IMG/VR virus record: IMGVR_UViG_3300045988_091806
Origin: a virus
Reading direction: 5' to 3' (one strand)
Length of the DNA: 37,844 bases
A model generated the notes under the pieces. The model searched no databases, was not told the DNA's origin, and saw only the letters and a program-made list of their open reading frames with translations. The position numbers and the translations under genes were made by a program. Shown here in pieces: positions 32,313-37,844 of this stretch (positions within the stretch are counted from its first letter, which is position 1; each line of letters starts with the position of its first letter).

Positions 32313-32663
32313 TTACTGTTGTATTATAGATACACTGGCACTTCTGTAGTAATAGTTACCGTCCCCTATATCACCCAGCACCTCTTTACTCAATGTACCT
32401 CTATAGCTTGTTATTGTTATATCCTGTCCATCGTCATGGAATGTTATTGGAAAGAATCCGGCGATGAGTTTGTTCTTAATAAGTGCCATCTCATCTTCCT
32501 TCAATATTCCCCAATTAATAGATAAGGTCTTCTTTTCAGCGACAACATCACCCAACATTGTTCCGTCAAGTGCTCGTCCTGTAGAAGAAGACCATATAAT
32601 CTCATCATCCACCTTGATGGACACAGGAGCCGGAAGCTCCTGCCCGTCACATCTCAGTATCAA
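32313..32663 (-). CDS. Short distal-tail-protein-like protein (DUF6711-like).
   Basis: It lies immediately after the TMP. The pattern KKTLSINWGILKEDEMALIKNKL..GFFPITFHDD is reminiscent of small Dit-like proteins. The TTG start lies 9 nt after AAGGA. Confidence 0.5.
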   Translation of the reverse strand: MILRCDGQELPAPVSIKVDDEIIWSSSTGRALDGTMLGDVVAEKKTLSINWGILKEDEMALIKNKLIAGFFPITFHDDGQDITITSYRGTLSKEVLGDIGDGNYYYRSASVSIIQQ

Positions 32664-32678
32664 TTCATCACATCCTTG

Positions 32679-35237
32679 TTAAGTTATAATCTCACATTTT
32701 CCTGTCTGCTTTGTATGCTCGTTAATCTTATCAACCACATATTTTTTTAGGCTCTTTCCATCTAGCTGTATATCAAGGTCCAGTGTCTCCAGTATCTTAA
32801 GTATTTGTTTAAGAATACTTATGGCTTCTGCCAGCAGTTCTGCACTGGATGCCATAGCAGCTGCCTTCTGTGCCATATCAAGTAATTTATCCTCAGGTGC
32901 TACAACTTCGCCCTGATGCCTGTTATCGCCAATCATGGCAAGCTGTGGAGTGTTTGGCTTAACATATCCACCTTGTGCAAGGTATGGAATCTTGGAGAAG
33001 TCGGCTTCCGGTAAATGGAATCCAAAATCTTCGCCACCTATACCCGGTACCCAGTTTGGTACTTTAAAGCTTAATTTATTTACACCTTTTACAACAGCAT
33101 TAATTCCTCTCTGCATTCCTGAAAGTAATCCATTAATTAAGCCAATCACCATATTAATAGGACCTTTTGCAATATCAGCAATTCCGCTAAATATGCCATC
33201 AAAAGCCGTAACTATACCATTCCAAGCACCTTCCCAATCGCCAGAAAAAACACTCTTAATGAACTGTATAACTCCTTTAAATACAGTAATTGTATCGTTC
33301 ATTAAATCAGCTATGGTTCCAACGACAACTCCAACCTTATTTCCTATAGAATCAAATATTGCTATAAATATTGGTCCTAATAGTTCAGATAAAAATCCAA
33401 CTACAGGTGCAATAAAGTTGTTATATATTGTCGTAGCACATGTAACCACTTCACCGACAAAATCAAGGAAATTAGCAAGTAATGGCTGTAAATGTTCACT
33501 CCATACTCTATCAATTACATCTAAAGCATTCTCCCAGACTGGCTGAAGCATATTATTCCAAATATCTAAGAATACATCTCCGGTAGTCTTAACAGCCGCT
33601 TTTATTCCAGTAAATATCGGCTCTCCCCATTCGTTCCATGCCCCTGCCATTGTATTAACCAAGCCAATCCATACATTTGATATAGATTCAATGGCTGGAC
33701 TTACACCTTCGCTCCATAAAGAATTCCAAGATGCTTTAAATGTATCAAATATTGTTCCATTTAAAGATAGCGTCTGGGATGCAAAATCCGTCAGCATTGG
33801 TAATCCAACAGAAACAAAATTTGCAAGTATAGGATATGCTGCTTTATTCCATACATCCGAAAAGACTGTATTAAAGCTATCAAATAATCCATTTAATATA
33901 CTGCCATTAGTGTCGACCCATGTTACAAGATAATTTGTAAATGGACCGTTAAAATAATTTAACAACGGCGGTCCTAATGCTTTTATATCATTAAACGCAT
34001 TTGTTAAATTTTTCTTGGCTGTATCTGTATTCTTTGTAAGTCCATCCCATATTTTTGACATAGATGGAGAAAATGTTGATACACTCCATTTACGTAGTTT
34101 ATCTAATTCTTTCTTTGCCGTATTTGCAAAATCGCCAATTGCAGATGCTGCATTTGTGGTATCTGCCTGTGTGCTAGGTGCAACACTTATTCCACCTGAA
34201 GATGTGCCACCTCCACTAGAACTACTGCTGTCCGTCGGCTCTGAAAGTTTTTCTATCTGGTCAAATCCGGCCAGCGATTTCTCTATCTGCTTTGCTGTAG
34301 AAGATGCTGCATCTCCTATTCCACTTACATTGTCTGCTGTGTCTGACGCTATATCTCCAAGGCCTGTTATTGAAGAAGCTGAAGAAGATATATCCGCACC
34401 AGTAAGCATCTGTGTAAATGTTGCAAATCCATCTGCAACCTTCTGCAAGCCTGCAAGCACAGTATTTAAGCCTCGTAATATAGGTGTAAATAATGCTATA
34501 AAGCCTTTACCAAGAGAAGCCTTTAACTGTTCAAATCTGAGTGATAATATTCTTGTCTGATTTGCCCAGGAATCCTGTGTCTTAACAAAGTCTCCTGTGG
34601 CATTGGACAGTGCACTAGTAACATACTGATATTGGAGCATTACTTTTTCCTGCTCTGTCATCTTAGCCGTAGTCTTACCAAAGCCATTATTAAGTGCATA
34701 CTGATCCAAGTTCGTCTGAGTCATTACTACGCCCAGGTCCTTAAGTGTCTCTGTTTCACCAGTCCAGATGGATTTCAGCTTTGTATATGCTTCATCTGTG
34801 CTCAAATTGTAAAATGATGCAACATCACCTGTTAATCCGGTAACATCTTCTGCCATATCAAGTGCAGCCTGTCCTGTAATACCCATTGCATTACTCATCT
34901 GGCCAAATACACCCATGTACTTCTTAGCAGATAATTCAGATAGTCCAAAGTTAGTCATGGCGTTAGAAGCCCACTGATCTGCCTGTCCACTTAAGTCCTT
35001 AAATGCCGTATCTACAACATTCTGTACTTCTGTAACATTAGAACCAACTTCTATGCAGTCTTTCGTAAACTTAGTAAAAGCTGCTATACTTAATCCAGCA
35101 GCTATTTTCTTTCCCATACCAGAAAAGATGGATGTTGCCTGCTTTGCTGCCTTATTGGAAGCACCTGTAAGCTGATTAACTATCTGTGAACTGTCTATGC
35201 CAAGTTCCAGAGCTATCTGTCCTACTACATCCGACAT
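32679..35237 (-). CDS. Tape measure protein.
   Basis: 852 aa, helical and Gly/Ala/Ser-rich, following the chaperone pair. SD AAAGGAGGGAG upstream. Confidence 0.85.
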   Translation of the reverse strand: MSDVVGQIALELGIDSSQIVNQLTGASNKAAKQATSIFSGMGKKIAAGLSIAAFTKFTKDCIEVGSNVTEVQNVVDTAFKDLSGQADQWASNAMTNFGLSELSAKKYMGVFGQMSNAMGITGQAALDMAEDVTGLTGDVASFYNLSTDEAYTKLKSIWTGETETLKDLGVVMTQTNLDQYALNNGFGKTTAKMTEQEKVMLQYQYVTSALSNATGDFVKTQDSWANQTRILSLRFEQLKASLGKGFIALFTPILRGLNTVLAGLQKVADGFATFTQMLTGADISSSASSITGLGDIASDTADNVSGIGDAASSTAKQIEKSLAGFDQIEKLSEPTDSSSSSGGGTSSGGISVAPSTQADTTNAASAIGDFANTAKKELDKLRKWSVSTFSPSMSKIWDGLTKNTDTAKKNLTNAFNDIKALGPPLLNYFNGPFTNYLVTWVDTNGSILNGLFDSFNTVFSDVWNKAAYPILANFVSVGLPMLTDFASQTLSLNGTIFDTFKASWNSLWSEGVSPAIESISNVWIGLVNTMAGAWNEWGEPIFTGIKAAVKTTGDVFLDIWNNMLQPVWENALDVIDRVWSEHLQPLLANFLDFVGEVVTCATTIYNNFIAPVVGFLSELLGPIFIAIFDSIGNKVGVVVGTIADLMNDTITVFKGVIQFIKSVFSGDWEGAWNGIVTAFDGIFSGIADIAKGPINMVIGLINGLLSGMQRGINAVVKGVNKLSFKVPNWVPGIGGEDFGFHLPEADFSKIPYLAQGGYVKPNTPQLAMIGDNRHQGEVVAPEDKLLDMAQKAAAMASSAELLAEAISILKQILKILETLDLDIQLDGKSLKKYVVDKINEHTKQTGKCEIIT

Positions 35238-35272
35238 ACTCCCTCCTTTCCGGCATTTAAAAAGACCACTTT

Positions 35273-35650
35273 CTACTTAGAGAAAGCGGTCTTAGCCCAA
35301 TTTTGGAAGTCACTCCAATACTTATTGTAATTTGCAGGATCTTCCATTAATTTTCTATTCCTTCTTAATATCCAGTCATTGCGGATTTTCTTCTGTTCCT
35401 TCGTGAACTCCTTTATAACCTTAGAATCTTTTTCTGCTCTGATTCCTACAATTCTCCCAAGTGGTGTTTCAGGCATTATTCCTGACAATAAAGAACAGAA
35501 TTCAGCCCATGACATATCATCTTCTGTTCGCAATCGTATGCCATACTGGGACAGGAAGCTGGCTTCTATCAGTTCCCAATCATCCCATATATCATAATAT
35601 ACCTCATTATGCTGAGGGTGTCTGCTCCTCGCCGTACGTTCCCATAGCAA
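35273..35650 (-). CDS. Tail assembly chaperone, second ORF (Gp15/gpT-like), probably expressed as a frameshift extension.
   Basis: MSWAEFCSLLSGIMPETPLGRIVGIRA resembles the Gp15 family. The only listed start is a TTG without SD. The ORF overlaps the upstream chaperone by 44 nt in the +1 frame. Confidence 0.6.
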   Translation of the reverse strand: MLWERTARSRHPQHNEVYYDIWDDWELIEASFLSQYGIRLRTEDDMSWAEFCSLLSGIMPETPLGRIVGIRAEKDSKVIKEFTKEQKKIRNDWILRRNRKLMEDPANYNKYWSDFQNWAKTAFSK

Positions 35651-35939
35651 CCTGCATGATTGTATTATACATTTCCTTATATTCAGGAATAGGAAGGTCT
35701 AATGCCTCAATCTTATCTGAAGCATCTTTTCCTACAAGCATTTCAAGGCCTTTAATCATAAATGCCATATCGTCCTTGTTTTCCTTGCTTTCTGCTTCCT
35801 GTGCCATAGCCTGTATATTAAGAATTGTACTCTTTCTGTTATTAACAGTAACAACCAAATCTTCTGTTATACGAATCATAGGCAACTGGTTCGTAATCTT
35901 CATAGATATATCTATTACTTTAAAATCTGTCTTTGCCAT
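35607..35939 (-). CDS. Tail assembly chaperone (gpG-like).
   Basis: A 110-aa acidic ORF between the major tail protein and the TMP. Confidence 0.65.
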   Translation of the reverse strand: MAKTDFKVIDISMKITNQLPMIRITEDLVVTVNNRKSTILNIQAMAQEAESKENKDDMAFMIKGLEMLVGKDASDKIEALDLPIPEYKEMYNTIMQVAMGTYGEEQTPSA

Positions 35940-35959
35940 TATTCAAATCCTCTCTTTCT

Positions 35960-36460
35960 TTAAGCTGCTACATATGCTATATATGTTGGCTTTCCATCCG
36001 AATTTGCATCCCATTCAAGCGCATCAATACTTGTAGCATCTCCACCAAGAGATTTTACATCGATTACTGCAGGTACAAGAAGCTGATCAAGATTAGGGAA
36101 TATAATAGACACCCATGTATTGCAATCCTGACCTGTCTTCATAAATCGACTTGCTACATAATCATTTCCTTCATCTCCATAGTTACGCTTACCGCCGAAA
36201 GACATACCAAGTGACTTACCTGTCATGAGCCTTCTTACCCAGCCAGCCTGATCCATTGGATTCCATTCCTCAATGGTTCCATCTACAGATATACTTAAGC
36301 TCTCTGCATCTTTTACGATCTTAGTTTCTACTGTTTCTGGCGTGTCCGAATTCTTTCTTCCAGTTATACATACTCCAAACTGAATTTTATGTACCGGATT
36401 AACCCCTGTTAATGGTGTAGCTTCCGCGTTATACCCAGCTATCTTTGTATTCTGTGACAT
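35960..36460 (-). CDS. Major tail protein.
   Basis: 166 aa, located after the head-tail joining genes and before the chaperones. Confidence 0.7.
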   Translation of the reverse strand: MSQNTKIAGYNAEATPLTGVNPVHKIQFGVCITGRKNSDTPETVETKIVKDAESLSISVDGTIEEWNPMDQAGWVRRLMTGKSLGMSFGGKRNYGDEGNDYVASRFMKTGQDCNTWVSIIFPNLDQLLVPAVIDVKSLGGDATSIDALEWDANSDGKPTYIAYVAA

Positions 36461-36468
36461 ACTTCTAC

Positions 36469-36870
36469 CTACCTTTCATAACAAAATTTAAGTTCTATGA
36501 CCATTTCAAATATTCCTTTATCATCTGTATCAACCTCAATCGGTGCTGATACTAACATTTCTGTAAAAAGAATATTTGTGTCATTAATGTTTACATGTTT
36601 CATATCTCTGAGCTTGTCGTAAAGCTCCTGTGAGACTTTTTCAGTCTCCCTGACACTTTTATTCCAATGAACCAGTATACTTATGGATTTGACAGCGTAA
36701 GAGCTGTTCTGTATACCCCCAACAGCCATCTGAACATTATCTCCCCTGTTAAGATGGTATACACCTATGCTCTTATCTTTCTTATCATCAAGCTTTCCAC
36801 AATATACATGGTCATCAGCCGCTATTCCAAGACCTGCTATAAGGTCTCTCACATCACCTATTCCTAACAT
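36469..36870 (-). CDS. Head-tail joining / tail completion protein (minor capsid 3-like).
   Basis: The call is positional. The start is uncertain (ATG 36870 or 36891; the track start at 36945 overlaps the upstream gene by 68 nt). Confidence 0.5.
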   Translation of the reverse strand: MLGIGDVRDLIAGLGIAADDHVYCGKLDDKKDKSIGVYHLNRGDNVQMAVGGIQNSSYAVKSISILVHWNKSVRETEKVSQELYDKLRDMKHVNINDTNILFTEMLVSAPIEVDTDDKGIFEMVIELKFCYER

Positions 36871-36877
36871 CCTAACA

Positions 36878-37297
36878 TCACAACCCCGCATTCTTTTTAT
36901 AAAACTTTCCAAATGCTTCAGGTGCAAGATTCTGCTTCTTACCACCTTTCATATAGTCATCAAGCCATCTGCCTTTAGCATTCGCATTTCCTTCATGTTT
37001 CTTGCCGCTTTCATCTGTCCACGGCGTCTGATGGAAGTTGTATTCCGGATGATAATACAGCCGTCTGGCGTATGGTGTGCTAGACACAAGATATGCTTTT
37101 CCCTGATCTATATCAGATAAATCAACAAATGTGCTTTCATTCTGTAATGCACCTGTATCCCTCGGTATAACCTGGCTCTGAACGACATCTGTATGTATTG
37201 CTTCTGCTGTCTGTGCAACTGACACTTTTGCTGCTGCCGTAAGCTTCCTTACCATAGGCATATTAAGCTTCACCGTTGATTTAACATTTCTTGCCAT
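36878..37297 (-). CDS. HK97 gp10-family head-tail joining protein.
   Basis: VAQTAEAIHTDVVQSQVIPRDTGALQNESTFVD matches the gp10 pattern (P.DTG.L.nS). Confidence 0.65.
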   Translation of the reverse strand: MARNVKSTVKLNMPMVRKLTAAAKVSVAQTAEAIHTDVVQSQVIPRDTGALQNESTFVDLSDIDQGKAYLVSSTPYARRLYYHPEYNFHQTPWTDESGKKHEGNANAKGRWLDDYMKGGKKQNLAPEAFGKFYKKNAGL

Positions 37298-37635
37298 TAC
37301 ATCACATCCAATCTTACATAATTAACCGTACCATCCGGATTACGACACTTCGTACCCTTGTATATATGCCTTGTTACACCGAACACCGTTATATCACCTT
37401 CGGTAATTACCGGAAGCTCTGGTGCAATATCTCCTGGTATCAAAGCACATCCTTCAAGTTGTATAAGAACCTTTTCTGCTGTTAATACTGTCTTACCGCT
37501 GTCCTGATAGTTACATAAGCCATCCCAAATAATGGGTTCAAGAGGTTCTCCATAGACATTCCTGCCTTCTTGTTCTATCTCAAGGTGTATTTCTGTCTTA
37601 CACATGCTCTTTAGTATTAAACATGGGTACTTCAT
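37297..37635 (-). CDS. Head closure/adaptor protein (minor capsid 1-like).
   Basis: ATG 37635 lies after GGGGGTG and directly after the connector stop. The call is positional. Confidence 0.5.
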   Translation of the reverse strand: MKYPCLILKSMCKTEIHLEIEQEGRNVYGEPLEPIIWDGLCNYQDSGKTVLTAEKVLIQLEGCALIPGDIAPELPVITEGDITVFGVTRHIYKGTKCRNPDGTVNYVRLDVM

Positions 37636-37637
37636 AC

Positions 37638-37844
37638 TCACACCCCCAGACTTAAGCAGCACAAGCCAGTCTGACAGAGTATCTGGTATGTATCACGCTT
37701 TATAGCAATTCCATTCTGCACAAGAACATTCCAACTGCTGCCAAACTGCATAGATACTCCATTTACAGCATAATTCTGTAAGACACAATTAATCATGTCT
37801 TCATTCTCATACTCAAAATCAGCCATATCACAGCATACGTCTAT
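37638..37844 (-). CDS. Head-tail connector/adaptor protein, 3' part (continues from 226..1 across the junction).
   Basis: The frame is continuous through the terminal repeat. It ends ...CQTGLCCLSLGV with TGA at 37638-37640. Confidence 0.6.
   Translation of the reverse strand: MDVCCDMADFEYENEDMINCVLQNYAVNGVSMQFGSSWNVLVQNGIAIKRDTYQILCQTGLCCLSLGV
37787..37844. repeat. Terminal direct repeat, copy 2.
   Basis: Identical to bases 1-58. Confidence 0.95.

Noticed and set aside
32935-36036. Long plus-strand ORFs opposite the tape measure and chaperone genes (32935..33546, 34015..34560, 35461..36036), and similar ones opposite the head genes (875..1195, 5897..6568).
   Set aside because: They lie entirely antisense to well-supported structural genes and lack SD sequences. 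Their translations are low-complexity and hydrophobic, as is typical of shadow ORFs in AT-rich DNA.
1-37844. Genome-wide stop-codon reassignment (TGA read as Trp or Gly) as the explanation for the in-frame TGA in the MuF gene.
   Set aside because: TGA is used as a normal terminator at well-defined gene boundaries. Examples are TerS (TGA-TAA at 7407), the ATGA-type overlaps at 9783, 9962 and 15977, RNase H at 16935, and the connector at 37638. The long late ORFs (portal, TerL, TMP, 1133-aa tail protein) contain no internal TGA. No suppressor tRNA is visible. The event is local to 3689-3691.
1-37844. CRISPR arrays, tRNA/tmRNA genes, and a diversity-generating retroelement targeting the tail fibre.
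   Set aside because: Reading the intergenic regions revealed no regularly spaced direct repeats and no cloverleaf-like GC-rich 70-90-nt segments. There is no reverse-transcriptase-like ORF (YxDD motif) in the six-frame track. A formal tRNAscan or CRISPR-finder run is still advisable.

Overview
The window is one complete genome unit (37,786 bp) of a temperate siphovirus-like phage of a low-GC Firmicute. The codon usage and protein families look Clostridia-like. The first 58 bp recur exactly at the end, so the map is circular or terminally redundant, and a head-tail connector gene spans the junction. The minus strand is read from high to low coordinates. It carries an early/replication operon (19016 down to 8527): an Xis-like HTH, a two-tyrosine HUH rolling-circle Rep, RNase H, an SNF2-helicase/methyltransferase fusion, a C5-cytosine methyltransferase, HNH, ASCH and a sigma-r4-like late activator. 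The late operon follows: TerS, TerL, portal, MuF/gp7, scaffold and capsid. It wraps the junction into connector/adaptor genes, major tail, chaperones, tape measure, Dit-like protein, a 1133-aa tail tip protein, fibre, holin and a GH25-LysM endolysin (down to 25716). The plus strand (19110-25266) carries the lysogeny/accessory island: a two-gene membrane cassette, cI-like repressor, ImmA-like protease, a DUF4041-T5orf172 protein, a small orphan ORF, an Abi_2 (AbiD/F-like) protein behind a structured leader, and a tyrosine integrase. A TGTACA-rich attP lies just downstream of the integrase. The observations most worth following up are these. (1) The MuF head protein is cut by a single in-frame TGA inside its conserved HPNC motif and continues into a JAB/RadC-like domain. 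(2) A DUF2829 (Tad2-type) gene is insulated by terminators inside the head module. (3) A phiX174/pC194-type CTTGATA palindrome and a promoter-plus-terminator antisense small RNA sit just upstream of the Rep gene. (4) Three separate candidate immunity loci are expressed from the lysogeny side. No tRNA, rRNA, CRISPR array or reverse transcriptase was seen. All family calls come from reading motifs by eye and need HMM or structure searches.
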